DNA of 64,000 nt. It comes from Naegleria gruberi. Lineage: Eukaryota. The position numbers and the translations under genes are program-made. The notes below the pieces were generated by a model. That model was not told the DNA's origin, did not search any database, and saw only the letters and a program-made list of their open reading frames with translations. The stretch is from NCBI GenBank assembly GCA_000004985.1, contig GG738892.1; one strand, written 5' to 3'. Within the stretch, counting starts at the first letter, position 1, and each line of letters opens with the position of its first letter. Positions 24,443 through 36,818 of the stretch are shown one piece after another.

Positions 24443-25690
24443 CTATGTCAATACAGACGCTGACTGCGGTCTATGAGGAACAGTGTATCTGTTCTGGTTT
24501 GAGTTGTAAGAAGATTGAGGTCTAATCCGTAATTTAGAGTTATCTACTCTTGATGCTGCAATATCTGGAGGGGGAGTAAACTCACTCCTTCCAGATAATC
24601 TTGCAGAAGTTGGGCGAGCAATACTATCTGACAACTCTTTTCTAGTATTGGACGATGTTGTTGATTGTTTGAATGTTTTGTTTGGAATTGGTGGGGTGTT
24701 AAAGCTGTAAGGGGATTTGCTTGAAGATATGGATTCGATTTTGCTTACTTGTGAAATATTAGAAGCTATCTCATCCAAATCAAGACTGGATCTAGTTTTT
24801 TCGGGTGAATTATATACAACTCTCTCATTTGCAGGATTATTCACTGAGATCGAGATGAAATTATTGTTTGTACTTTTACCAACTCTGGCACTCATAGGTC
24901 TAACTGGCAAAGAAACACTTGCTGCCTTCTTTCTTAGAGAAATAGACGCCGAAGATGGTCTGACTAGGTTTGTAGGTATCGAAGGAATATTATTTACAGA
25001 AGAATTGGATGTGTAGCTTTGTCTGGATGATAGAGAAGCTGGAAGTTCCTTAGGTTCAATGTTTTCAGAATTAATTGCTGATGATCCTGATATCATTAGG
25101 GTAGAAGGGAAAGTATTCTTTCGTTTGTGTTTTGGATTAGTAAAATGTTGATCAGGATTAAATTTAGAGTTTTGTAGAGCTTGAGTTGTTGCGTTTGCCT
25201 TATTCATAACTTTTTCCCGTATTGATCCAAATTTAAAATCTGAAGCAAAACTACTATATAATGGTACAGATGGATCATCAAGACCTGATCGCTCATTAAA
25301 CATATAATACCAATATTTAACTTCCGAGAGTGAGGTTTGGCCAAATGATGTTGATTGTCCTCCACTGTCAACTCCGTTAACCTTAATTCTGTTCGGATGA
25401 TCGGGAAGGTATTTTTGTTGTTCTCTTTTTAGCACAATAGGGCTTCTCCCTTGAACTTTTTCTGTTGTTGTTGAATTCTTAGATTTGACTTGATTTTTCT
25501 TCATTCCTCCTTCTCTGTATTCATACATAAATACTATTTTGATATTAATTAAATTATTTACCTTAGGTAAGAAAAGGGAAGGTTTGCTCCTTCAAATCTT
25601 TCATCGGGAGGAAAGGGAAGAATATTACGAACATTATCACCATTAATCATTGCCGAACGCCTAGCGTGATTACTTTTTGGTGACATTGGT
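24443..25690 (-). CDS. Ser/Thr/Asn-rich low-complexity protein, probably with a short 5' exon at about 25573..25690.
   Basis: A 361-aa ORF plus an upstream exon MSPKSNHARRSAMINGDNVRNILPFPPDERFEGANLPFL. No domain recognised. Confidence 0.35.
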
Positions 25691-26003
25691 CTTCCCTTAC
25701 TAGCATCTTTTATAAATTCCTTCTTTCGATACTTTTAATTGTCGTTGATGATCTTGGTGATGATGTGATGTAACCTACCTCCAGCAATTCTGTCCTAGTT
25801 TTGGCCGTTTGATTGTTTTCTGGCCGTTTTTCATCCATTTTTTTTAAAGTAGTTGTTTGGCGGGAGTTTTTATCTCTCAACGTTAATCAGAATCCTTAAC
25901 CATAAAATTATTTTATCAAAACTTTCCTTATTAATGATTTGGAAGTCAACAAGTGAATTGGCCATTAATAAAAGTTTTAAATAATTTATTTAGGATTTAT
26001 AAT

Positions 26004-28532
26004 TTAATCATCGTTCTTACCAAAGGTTTCAAAGCTGAATGGACGGAAGAGAGAACCAGTACCCTTGAAGAACTTGTTTTGGAATTCGACCCAAGTCAAT
26101 CTCAAAGCGTGCAAGAAAGCAGACAAAGATTCCATGACAAGCAAGACACCAATGGTCATACCGAACCAGAGAGCGAAAACAAAGAAAACACCAACACCAC
26201 TGTGTACAACGGCAGTTTCAACTTCTGGCATGCTTTCAAGTTGGTTAAGAATGAGACCAATGGTCATTTGCCAAAAGACTTCAGCAAGCTGAGCGTGAGC
26301 AAGTGACAAGGCCCACAAACGCAAGTATGAGGCAGTGTTAGAAACAGTACCCAAAACATATTCAATAGTGTGAATAAGTTGCTTAATGAACAATTCAGAG
26401 AATGGTTCCATTTCAGCATGACCTTCACCATGAGTATGAGCAACGTTATCGTGACCATCAGTACCATCCAAAATAGCAACGTGGTGGGATTCATCACTGT
26501 TAGAATTGACAACTTCAGCATCATCAACCTTACGGTGCTTGAACTTTCTCTTTTGTTTGAGGTATTCAGCAATTGGCTTTGGAATCAAGAGAATTGGAAC
26601 TGAGATAGCAGTAATAAGCAATAAAGCCATTTGAGCATAAGATTGTCTAGCTTGAGCTTCAGCAACGTCACCACCATAGTAGAACATTGGAGGTTGAGAC
26701 ATCTTCCAAGGACTCAAGAAATAATCAGTCATCATTGGCAAGATTTGAGGAGGATCAAATTTACCGCTGTGAACTTCATCACCCCAGTTAACACACCACT
26801 TGTAGACGATCAAAACACACATATAACCGAAAGTACACCACAAAATGAGGACTTCAGGAATGAATTCAACAAAGATATCCAAAAAGTGGCCGAATTGAAT
26901 CATGTTAGCCAAAGCAAAGAAGAGACCAATACTCATGTGACCGACACCGAAAATGACGGACATCTTCATCTTAATAGAGTTATAGAACAACAACTTGTTT
27001 GAGGTATGGAACCAAGCTGGATCAACACCAAATGGATAAGTTCTACCAATCTTTTCACCAACGTGTTCAGAGTTGAATTCATAAGCAGATGGGAAAATAT
27101 CGACAGCCAAACCTAAACCGTCATTGTAGAGGAAACCAGTATAAATAGAGAACAAGCCCATCAACACTAAAATATATCTACCTTGGAAGACCATGGCAAG
27201 CAATTCACTGTTTTCAGCGATTGGCTTCAACTTCTTTTCAAAGACAACCATAGCAATGGCAGCAGCAGCCAAGAGAATACCGTGACCAAAGTCACCAAAC
27301 ATAACAGCGAAGAGGAAAGGGAAAAGAATGACAGCAGCAACAGCAGGGTTCATTTCCTTGTAATCTGGAATACCATATGAGTTGACAATTTGTTGGAAAA
27401 CGTCAGTAAACTTGTTGGTTTCAAAGTAAGTTGGAGGAGTTTCAGTAGGTTGTACAATATCACAAATGGATGGAACTTGAGCATTGGAAGCAAGTCTAGC
27501 TTCTTCCATTTCTCTCTTGACATTTTCAAAGTTCTTTTCAGCAGCCCAACCAACAGCAACAACTGAACCCTTAATGTCATAGTTGAAAAGATTGAGTGTG
27601 TGGAAAATAGCCTTTTCCTTGTGGACTCTTTCCTTCCATCTTGGGAGGTTGACAGAAATCTTACTCAAAATATCAACAACACGAAGCTTTGAGCTTTCAA
27701 TAGTAGTATCTAATTCGTTAATCTTTTGTTGAACAGATCTTTGAGCACCAGCAACATCATCTTCTGGGAAATCGTGAATAGAAGCACCCAAAGCTTCACA
27801 GACCTTCTTGACCTTTTCCTTTGCAGAGGAGGCACCAAAGAAAACAGTGAAAACACTCTTTTCAATAGATTTACCACTCTTGGCATCAAAAAGTGGAGTT
27901 GGAATTTCAACCATTCTTGGTACAACGTTACCACGAGTACTACGATAAATCAACATCAAGAAGGTGGAAATCTTTTCACGTGGAATGACACCAGTCAAAT
28001 AACCAAGGGAAGAACCTCTAGAAACCATCAAACCACTTTCGCTATCACCAGAGTAACTTTCTTCGTCACCCTTGAAAAATTGGGCGGCCAAGTTGAGGAC
28101 ATAGCTATATTCTTCAGCCTTGTTCTTTTCAGCAACCATTTGATCCAAATTTCCAGACAAATCACGGAGTTCCTTTTCATGTTGAGAAAAGTCTCTTTCA
28201 AAACTGTCCAAAACATTGCCGTATTCATTAGTTTCTTCATCATTAAAATCGGCTCCTTCAGAGAATTTAACTTCAGACTTTTCAATTTGGTCTTCAAAGA
28301 AACGAATAATTCTGTCCAATTCTTCGCAACGCTTGACTTCGTTAGCGAATTGTCTTTGGAAAGCGTTCAAATGGGAAGACAAATCTTTAAATTCGACATA
28401 GCCCAATTCACCCAAACGTTCAACAGTTTGGTGAGCAGCTTCACGTTGCATGGTCATTTCGAGAAGGACCATGTTCTCGCTACGCCACATTGATGAGCCT
28501 TTTGTTCCCGCGATAAGATGGGAAGTAGCCAT
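26004..28532 (-). CDS. VPH1: V-type H+-ATPase subunit a (116-kDa, Vph1/Stv1 family). Single exon.
   Basis: An 842-aa ORF. The N-terminal MWRSENMVLLEMTMQREAAHQTVERLGELGYVEFKDL is conserved. Multiple C-terminal transmembrane helices carry the a-subunit blocks (..LRLWALSLAHAQL..). Confidence 0.9.
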   Translation of the reverse strand: MATSHLIAGTKGSSMWRSENMVLLEMTMQREAAHQTVERLGELGYVEFKDLSSHLNAFQRQFANEVKRCEELDRIIRFFEDQIEKSEVKFSEGADFNDEETNEYGNVLDSFERDFSQHEKELRDLSGNLDQMVAEKNKAEEYSYVLNLAAQFFKGDEESYSGDSESGLMVSRGSSLGYLTGVIPREKISTFLMLIYRSTRGNVVPRMVEIPTPLFDAKSGKSIEKSVFTVFFGASSAKEKVKKVCEALGASIHDFPEDDVAGAQRSVQQKINELDTTIESSKLRVVDILSKISVNLPRWKERVHKEKAIFHTLNLFNYDIKGSVVAVGWAAEKNFENVKREMEEARLASNAQVPSICDIVQPTETPPTYFETNKFTDVFQQIVNSYGIPDYKEMNPAVAAVILFPFLFAVMFGDFGHGILLAAAAIAMVVFEKKLKPIAENSELLAMVFQGRYILVLMGLFSIYTGFLYNDGLGLAVDIFPSAYEFNSEHVGEKIGRTYPFGVDPAWFHTSNKLLFYNSIKMKMSVIFGVGHMSIGLFFALANMIQFGHFLDIFVEFIPEVLILWCTFGYMCVLIVYKWCVNWGDEVHSGKFDPPQILPMMTDYFLSPWKMSQPPMFYYGGDVAEAQARQSYAQMALLLITAISVPILLIPKPIAEYLKQKRKFKHRKVDDAEVVNSNSDESHHVAILDGTDGHDNVAHTHGEGHAEMEPFSELFIKQLIHTIEYVLGTVSNTASYLRLWALSLAHAQLAEVFWQMTIGLILNQLESMPEVETAVVHSGVGVFFVFALWFGMTIGVLLVMESLSAFLHALRLTWVEFQNKFFKGTGSLFRPFSFETFGKNDD

Positions 28533-28775
28533 ATTGTTGTTTGTATTTTTTTTAGATAAGAAAAAATATTTTATTATTTTTTATTGTAAACGGAGTTGGA
28601 TCATGTTTAGAAAAGCTGCCTGTTTTTGTGTCTCCGGCCCTTGCTAATAATAAAAATCTAATACTTTTCCAAATACTTTCAATTAATCAGTGGATGGCTC
28701 CATTGAAATTGTTTTAAATCTTAGTACTGTAGATAATTCAACAATTTGACATGTTTTGATGGAGTAACAGGTCAA

Positions 28776-29412
28776 TCATTGTCTATTTCTTCTAAGCCAA
28801 TCGTTTTGTGGAATGGCAAGTGGATTGAGATTCTTATCCACCTCTGCAATATGTTGCAATGAACGATGATAAACATAGGCAGTGATTGGATTTTGAGAAG
28901 ATTTTTCAATTAGCACACATTCATCTGAATTAGTTTCCATTACTTTCTTATCATAGGTTTCTTTACAGACTGGATAGGCATGCACTGCAGTTCTATCGTA
29001 CACTAATTATATTTCAATCACATCCATTCCATTAAAAATCATCCAATAATATTTGAACAAACTTACTCGATGGATATTCCTCAATTTCATCAGCAACAAT
29101 TAACAATTTCTTCAAAATTCTCTTGCACAGGTTCACTCACTGAAATAATATATCCGTAAATTCTATCATTCGGATCGGAAGTGAAAACAGCAACCGGATC
29201 TTTTCAATTATTAAATATTCAATATATTTAACTTTAAAAACCTACAATCGGAAAAGTACATTTTAACTCCCTCTATAAATCCAAACTCTGCCAATGCTTT
29301 ATAGGAATCTGGATTATTGAATGAATGTGTCCAAGCTGCCTTTGAGTCGTCATCAGGTCTCAAAGTTCCATACACGAATAAATTCACAACATTTTGTCCA
29401 TTTGGTTGTGCT
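28776..29412 (-). CDS. Gamma-glutamylcyclotransferase-like (AIG2/GGACT family) protein with multiple exons. The N-terminal extent is uncertain: the ORF continues upstream to 29687 and carries a possible signal peptide.
   Basis: NLFVYGTLRPDDD is the YGTL hallmark of the GGCT fold. It is followed across short introns by ..RIYGYIIS.. and ..YDRTAVHAYPV... The 29250-29120 region joins on a GTAGGT donor. The exact splice pattern is unresolved. Confidence 0.5.
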
Positions 29413-29889
29413 GACATTTTTTCAAAGAATTTAAAATCTTTAACAAATTGACTGGGAAAATAAGATTTAAATAGTAAATGATTGTTATCTGGATTATTAG
29501 GATTGTTTTCAAGATGTTGAAGTCCTTCATTATTTGTTAATTTGTTGGGAAACTCTAAGATGTGAAAGAATGCAATAGCAAGAGCAAAACAAGTAAAAAA
29601 CTTCATCAACTTACAAATTGAAGAGTTGAGAGATGCTTTTAATGTTAAAATTACAATAGAGGGTCTACCAATGAAGATTTTCTTCAAATTGAAACTTTAC
29701 AATAATTCCAACTCAATCTCAATTAGATTCCAACATATTTAAATGTATTCAACCTCTCCAGAATAACGTGTCCCAAAATCACGTAACCATTTCATTGGTT
29801 CCTTCATGAAACGTGAAACCTCTTACAAAAACTCAATTATTTAAAAACGTGACAATAAAAAACTGAAACGTGATTTCCATAAGAAAAAA

Positions 29890-32284
29890 ATGCTGTCATT
29901 GAAAACAAGCCAATCCGAAACTTTTTCTCCAACGTTGCCTCCTTCGGCTTCAGACTCCTCCTCCTTATCATCCATGTTGCCAGATATTGAAAACTGGAGT
30001 AATATGGATGTGAGTATGATTCTTGTCAATTCGGGAGAAGTTTGGGTGGTTAGGGATCAAAGTGAATGGACAAAGTTGATCAATGGAATACACGGTGAAG
30101 AAAAAAAGTGTTTGGTTGTATTGGATTCGAATGGAAAGTCTGTAAAGAAGGTGAGTGACAATTGATCAATATATTTAAAGGGTTTAATGTGTTTAGTTTG
30201 ATCAATCAACAATTAATTATTTGATTTGTAAAGGAAAGTTAGAAGATAAAGAAAATTCATCAAGTGAAGTAATGAGGGGATTGGAATTATTTAATGAATA
30301 TGTACAGTACTCTATCAGGAAATTTGAGAACTCGAGAATTAACTTGAACTCCAGATTGGAAACCCTTCAGAAAATGAATTTCAAAGAGAAATATCATAAC
30401 TTTAAATTGGAACAATCATTGAATGTTGATTTCTCAAAAATTGTTAATGAAATGCAGGAAAAGCTAAGGCTTGTAAGAGAAAAAACCAGACTGATTGTTG
30501 TGGAAATGAATTCTTTTCTAGCTCCAAACTTGAGAAAGTCTATTGATGGTTTATCAATTCAAGAGAGGATTGAGTACTTTGATAATCTTATCAATAATTT
30601 CACACAAATTAAGAAACTGTTCAAAAATCCATTTGACGACATGACAAAAAGATTGTTTGATGAATTATTGCTATTTGATGGGTTTGAACCTTATTATCGT
30701 CTTACATTACAAGAATGTTCTAGAATTAATAATGTAAAGAGAGAGCTTGAGAATTATTTACAACAAGCACGAGAAGAGGAACAGGAAAATCAAGCACAAT
30801 TCAAAGAATTCATAGGTATAGAGAAATTCAAGTATGTGCTAAAGATTGCTCCAAGTATTGTGGACTACATCTCAAACGAGACAAACTCCTCCATGGAGGA
30901 TGTAGTAGAAATGGCTTCTTCCATCCAATCTGTTACAAACATTCAAGGAGAAAACACACTTTATTCTTTAGAAGAAGAGGAAATGGATGAAGATCAACAA
31001 TTAAAAGACCAAGAAATACAAGATTTGAGATCACAAATTGAAGGTTTAAACAATCGAATTGCCGAATTGAACAACCAGGTTAATGGGTGTGATGTAAAGA
31101 ATAACTCATTAATTATTGGGAATGTTGAGTTTACTAAAATGTTTGAAAAAGAGATGCAAGACATGACAGACAAATTTAACAAAGAAATTGAATGTTTGAA
31201 AATGGAGAAGGAAGAAATCGAGAAAAATATGAAGGAGGAGAAGGAAAATATGTTACAACAACTTGAAATTGAGAAGCAACAACGCCAAGATTATGAAAAA
31301 CAGATCAAGGCATTACGTGATGATGTCGAATATTTGAAAAACGAGAAAAAGAATGAAAATAATAAGGCCAACAAAGAGATAACTGGATTGAATGAGCAAT
31401 TGAAAACTGAGAAAGAACAAATTTCCAAGTTAATGAAGCAACTATCCTTCCTTAAAGAAGAATCTGAAACAGAAGAGGCTAAATATAATGCAAATATTAA
31501 GGAACAAAAGGAAAAGTATCAAACATTGTTGACAGATCTAAACGAAATTCAGCAGAAGTTGGAGTCCAGCAAAGGAGAATGTACTGCTGTTAAATCTCAG
31601 TTGGAAGAAAATGCTGGAAAGTATTGTGAAAATATATCAAACCTTGAAGGTTTAATTGTAATGTTGAAGGATGAAATAAGGAATGATACACAAAACTATA
31701 ACGAATACCAGCAAAAATATTTTGACTCTAAAATTCTCTTGGAATCATTAGAAGTAAAACTATCTGAAAGGGTTGAAGAATTGAAAAAAGTGTATGATAT
31801 TAACAGTAATTTAGAATACCAATTAGGAGAAAGTAACCACGAAAAGGAGAAATTAATGGAAGATTTCAAAATATTACAGGATCAATTAGATATGAAACTC
31901 AGCATGTGTGTGGCAGAAAATTTAAATCTGGAAGAAAAGCTTAAAAATTTGGAAAATGAAAAGGAGCAATTATTGATAAGCTCATTTGTGGATCCACCAA
32001 ATCAAACAGATGCTTCTAATGACAAACAAAAAAGACTTTTAGAGAGTTTGGCGAATCAACTTCAATTAATATCTTTTTCCTTGGCAAGTGTTATTCAAGA
32101 TAGAGCAAGATGGATTGATAATGTTCTTGAAATACTAACAAATCTTATTACTGGTGAAATTGACAATCTCGATGAAGACCAACTCAATGACATTGTGAGA
32201 GGACTATGTAATAGATGGCACTTTGCCAGAGATAAGAAACTCATTGATGAGAATGGTTCTGATGCTAGAGGAATAGGGCATTGA
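29890..32284 (+). CDS. Long coiled-coil protein of about 770 aa. Exon 1 is 29890..30150 and exon 2 is 30234..32284.
   Basis: There is a gtgagt donor after ..SVKK. The 687-aa second exon is dominated by heptad-like E/K/L/Q repeats such as LKMEKEEIEKNMKEEKENMLQQLEIEKQQRQDYEKQIKALRDD. Confidence 0.5.
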
Positions 32285-32476
32285 AATAAATCAATTGAGA
32301 ACATTGTAAACATTTATACTTTATTCCTTACAAATTAACTTCACCTTGTCAGTTTTGCTGAAGAAAATGAAAAGTATAGGAACACGTCTGCAAAGAGATG
32401 AAAGCAGGCCAGTTTCGAATTTGGCACAACCTTCAAAAGACTATTGAAAAATCGTTTATATTGAGTGGATTCAATT

Positions 32477-33480
32477 TTATTCAACATGAAAAGTCCAAAC
32501 TGGAAAGTGAAACTCCATCATTGATTGAGCAGGATTTGAGGGAGCTGCATTCTTTCTCTTCTTATACTTTCGTCTTCTTGTTAAATGTTCCTGATTGGAA
32601 ATATAACAACTGCTCGTTGTGGAATTACTGGATGATATGGAGCATGAAGAGGATTTTCTCTTCTTGCCTATTTTTTTGTATTTAGCTCTTTCACCTACAG
32701 GGTTGGTCCCGGCCAATGGTTGAACATTATTCGAATCTAAATTGTATGATGCAGTCAAGTTTGTATTGAATGTTGTTGGATCACATAACATATTGTTCAT
32801 AGAACCTTCCAAAGACCTTTCATCTTTGATTTCAACAATTTGAATAGTTGGTGATTTGGCATTCGAATATTGAGTTTCTTCTCTTGCAACTTTCAATAAC
32901 AACTCCCAACTTTGCATGATATCATCAACATCTAGCTTTAAACAACATTCTTCTCCTGAGCTCAGTATAACGTTATCATTGATTTTGGGTGAGAATCTAT
33001 GGGAATAATCATTCATCCGACATGTGGCAGAAACACTTGACATCTTTGTTGTTAATTTTCTTTTTAATTGTATTATGCAACACGTTTTCAAGGTAAGAGA
33101 ATCAAACCAAAAAGAAAGAGAATCCACCACTACAATTTTGTCCAGTACACTTCCTTTCGTATTTTAAATGTTCCAATAGTTTAGAACGACATCATAACAT
33201 TATCTGAAACGGCAGTACTAATTGTACATAGTTGTTCATACACCACCAAAAAGTCAATCAGGATTCTCTCGATGTTTAGTGCGAAATGGGTAAATAAAAC
33301 TCCATGAAAATCAATAAGTTCTAAACTGTTTATAAAATACTGTTTTGAGATGTCAAAGCTGATGTTGCTATGGAGAAAACTGTTCTTTGACGTTGTTTGA
33401 TTGGGTTGGCAAAGAAGCATCGAGTGATTTTGCATGAAAGCGACAAGAGCTGAGTGGAGTCCATTGTTTACATTTGACAA
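32477..33480 (-). CDS. Hypothetical gene or genes: 32477..33130 with a basic KRK-rich C-terminus, and an upstream ORF 33181..33480.
   Basis: ORFs with coding-like composition and nuclear-localisation-like basic stretches. No domain assigned. Confidence 0.3.
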
Positions 33481-34223
33481 GATTTGGATTTGAGAAATGA
33501 TATTCTACTTGTGTTGAGATATTCATAATTTTGTAATCATGTTAAAAGAGTAGTGATTTTAGTGATTTGTTGATGCCTATATGATGGCAATTAAACAAAT
33601 ATTCGAAAGTCCTTGATGATTAGTGGAGGACTAGAGTAATTGGCGCAGATTTCATTTCGTTTTGATTAGTCCAATTCAGAGAACGTACATGGAGCCTTAT
33701 TCTTTTTTAATACATCGTATTGATGAACCCCAACTAGTATTTATATGAAATACATCAATTTGACTGACTCAATGTTTCTAATGAAAACTTATCAACTTTG
33801 TTAAATTATGACAAATGTTTTTCAATTTCATACTACAAAAGATACAATAATTTTCAATACTCTTTGCAATTCATTAGCCAAATTAGAATTCTCAATTGAG
33901 AATACATACAACAGTACCTGGAATCCTCACTTAATACTCTTATCCTTTTGGGACAAATAAACCACTTGGCATGTTAGCCTTTCTTATCAAGAAATAAGGG
34001 TTGACTATAATTATAGTTCTTGCAAAAGACTTTAATGTTTTATTTATGAGACTTTGCATTCTTCAACAAGAAAGAAAACCAAAGCAAAAGCAATAATTTG
34101 TGCCTATTGTTACATCCAAAAGTTTAGTAAAAACACAAATGTTTTTGTTTCTGCAAAAAAGCCTTTAAAAAACCATGTCGAGCCCGCTCTCGATTTCAAA
34201 AATAAAAATAAATTTTAAAAAAA

Positions 34224-34586
34224 ATGAGCGAAGATACCAAAGACATTAAAGCTGAAGGAAAGGGTGAACAACACATTAACATCAAGGTTGTGAGTCAAGT
34301 AAGTAGTAATAGCAATGCGCAATCATCAGGAGGCTAACTATTTTTTATTATTTTTTTAATATATTTAAAATAGGATGGTGTTGAAGTTTTCTTCAAGATT
34401 AAGAGATCAACCCCTTTGAAGAAGTTGATGGATGCCTATTGCAAGAGACAAGGTCTTTCTCCAGCTTCCGTTAGATTTGTTTTTGACGGAAACAGAGTCA
34501 CTGGTACCGAAACTGCTGATCAACTTGAAATGGATGACCAAGACGTTATTGATGTTTTGGTTGAACAAACTGGTGGTTCATTCTAA
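34224..34586 (+). CDS. SMT3: SUMO (Smt3). Two exons: 34224..34298 and 34371..34586.
   Basis: The product reads [25 protein letters not shown]|[70 protein letters not shown]. It is collinear with human SUMO1 as I recall it and carries a di-Gly processing site followed by a short tail. The 72-nt intron runs gtaagt...aatag. Confidence 0.88.
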
Positions 34587-34970
34587 ATTATTAAAACTAA
34601 GAATTTAAAATTGTAATACAATTTACTATCTTTTCATTATCTATTATTTTAATGCTAGCCTTTTTTGATGAAGAGTGAAACTTTGGAATTCCAACAAGCA
34701 AATTTGTTTATGATTCCCTCACCAATTATGATACAAATAATTTCTATGAATTAATTCTCTTCTTTTAACACCAATCATTGGGAAAGATATCTTTTAATAT
34801 CTGAAATACCTTATGCTAGGTCCAAATAATGAACATTCTTAAATCAGAAATAGCTGATAAAAGGAAATTTGCAAGTTCCAAGTTTTTTGAGCTTAAGGCC
34901 ATCCAATCTGACTCTACATTTTCATGAATCCACATTTCGCTGTTTATCATAATTTAACTAATTAGGTTTA

Positions 34971-35864
34971 CTAATGGATACTATAATTATCCAAATAGCT
35001 GTACCTACAAGCGAAAGGAACGACAACAAAGATCTGATTTTTCTCATCATATGCAATCGTTCCATTCCTTGATTCGTATACTTTTGGAAAGGTCAATCCA
35101 AAAAGCTCAATATCAAGTTCTGAAATCTCCTGTTCGAACCAAGTCTGAAAAGGAGTCTCCAAACAAAGAAACCTACCCACCTCTCCTATACTATCATCCT
35201 CATGTTTTTCGAAAGTTGTACATCGCTCATACATCAAAGATTGAGATTTAAATTCGGCTTTGAAGGATTTAAACTTGTCCAAGTAATGCAAGAGAAATTC
35301 GCCATCGTAGAGAGAAGTTGAGTAGACATTATTTCGAACGGTGACCCTTTTTGGCTCCTTATCACTTGTTTTCCATTTTGCTTTCGAATAGTCTATTAAA
35401 TAGTGAAATATGTCATGGTTGAATCTATTCGAAATTCTAAATAAATTGAGCAATAGTAAACAGGGCGACCATTTAACAATTTCCAAACATTGTCCTGTTT
35501 CTATTTCCAATCGCAGATTCAATCTTTCCAATAAAACAGACGAAATTTCAACTCTTGAAAATGTGTTATTGTAAAATTCTTCCAAAACTTTCCTAAATTT
35601 CACACATTTTCCCAATCCCCATTCGAATCCATCAAAATATTCCCTTTCCGATATAATTCCATCACAAAACTTGGTTGCCAACCTGAAAACAGCATTTCCA
35701 AAAACACATCTATCTGTATTCACTTGTTGTAATTGTTTATGGAAAAATCTATTCGATAGTTCCAACAAGTAAATTGATGGAATTTTCAAATAGGATAGAA
35801 TATGATTGCATAAATCTTCATTATCGGTAAAGAGTGCGTAGAGAACATGTTGTTCTTCTGACAT
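34971..35864 (-). CDS. Hypothetical protein with a possible N-terminal F-box-like motif.
   Basis: DLCNHILSYLKIPSIYLLELSNRFFHKQL. The protein is 297 aa. Confidence 0.35.
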   Translation of the reverse strand: MSEEQHVLYALFTDNEDLCNHILSYLKIPSIYLLELSNRFFHKQLQQVNTDRCVFGNAVFRLATKFCDGIISEREYFDGFEWGLGKCVKFRKVLEEFYNNTFSRVEISSVLLERLNLRLEIETGQCLEIVKWSPCLLLLNLFRISNRFNHDIFHYLIDYSKAKWKTSDKEPKRVTVRNNVYSTSLYDGEFLLHYLDKFKSFKAEFKSQSLMYERCTTFEKHEDDSIGEVGRFLCLETPFQTWFEQEISELDIELFGLTFPKVYESRNGTIAYDEKNQIFVVVPFACRYSYLDNYSIH

Positions 35865-35988
35865 TTTTTTTGATGGTTGACCGAATCTATTGTGTGAATT
35901 TGAATCTTCATTGTAAAAGATTAAATAATGTTAATATTTAATAGATTAAGAGTGTGATGAAACGTATTGATAATTTTTTGTTTATTAT

Positions 35989-36594
35989 TCAGACTAATCT
36001 TTCGAATAGATTATTTTGCATCATGTTTAGCAAGTGCATCAGAAGAATTGCATTCTCAATGTTTGGATTTTCTGGAGAATCAAACAATGATTCTGATGTG
36101 TTTTGTGGTTGGAATGTTGCTGGGATTGAATTTTGTTTACAATGGAATGCTAATTCATCAAGAATCGAATGATTGTTCGATTTCTTCTGGTTTAATTCAC
36201 AATTTCCTTCTGCACAACCAGTACTGGAAACTGTAGAACTGTATGTCTCAGATGTAGTGGTGGAGAAGGAGCTTGTCGTTCTCACTAATTGTAATCTTTC
36301 AGATACAACTATATTACTTTCGTCCTCTTTCTTTTGTACTTTAAATGTTGTCTATGTATCTTTACTATTGTTTTCCATTACAAAGTAGTTCTTGAGAAGA
36401 TTATTATCGTGAAGTGTCTTTCTCAATTTATAATTCTCTGGTTTCTGATAATCTTTCTTGTGGATTCGTCTTGTTGTTCGAACTGTTTCGTCAATAATTG
36501 AAAACTTTCTTCTTGGATTGCTTCCTCTTGAGTTGATCATATTGAGTTTCGAATAAGGATAATTTTTTGAATAATTAATTCTATTCTGTCGCAA
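35989..36594 (-). CDS. Paralogue B of a two-gene tandem family that shares a basic SIIDET...LLKNYF motif. Multi-exon.
   Basis: The ORF 36352..36594 reads ..PRRKFSIIDETVRTTRRIHKKDYQKPENYKLRKTLHDNNLLKNYFVMEN. It probably continues into 35989..36285 (..TSSFSTTTSETYSSTVSS..). Confidence 0.4.
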
Positions 36595-36818
36595 TAGTTA
36601 GTTTTGATTGATGAAAGAAAAGGCTCATTTGAGCAAAATCTGTATCAGGATTAATTAATTCCAAAAGAATCTTCATAAATGGGCTTCACCTTGTCGTGAT
36701 CTTCCTTTTTAAGATTGAGCCTTTCAATCTATGTCTATCCAAAAACATACATTGGACACGGACCGTTCAAACTCATTGGAAAAATCCAAACATTTTCAAA
36801 AACAAACTTTAACTTTAT

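Noticed and set aside
26004-28532. Intronless V-ATPase subunit a as a possible horizontally acquired or retro-copied gene.
   Set aside because: Several other long genes here are also single-exon (F-box/LRR, EEP, Nudix, SDR). Its composition matches neighbours and it has normal flanking spacing. Intron density is simply uneven.
29004-29135. A 19-nt intron (gtgagtgaacctgtgcaag) in the GGCT-like gene.
   Set aside because: Too short for spliceosomal excision. A 31-nt intron ending at the next AG, or a different exon arrangement, is more plausible. The splice pattern is left unresolved rather than asserted.
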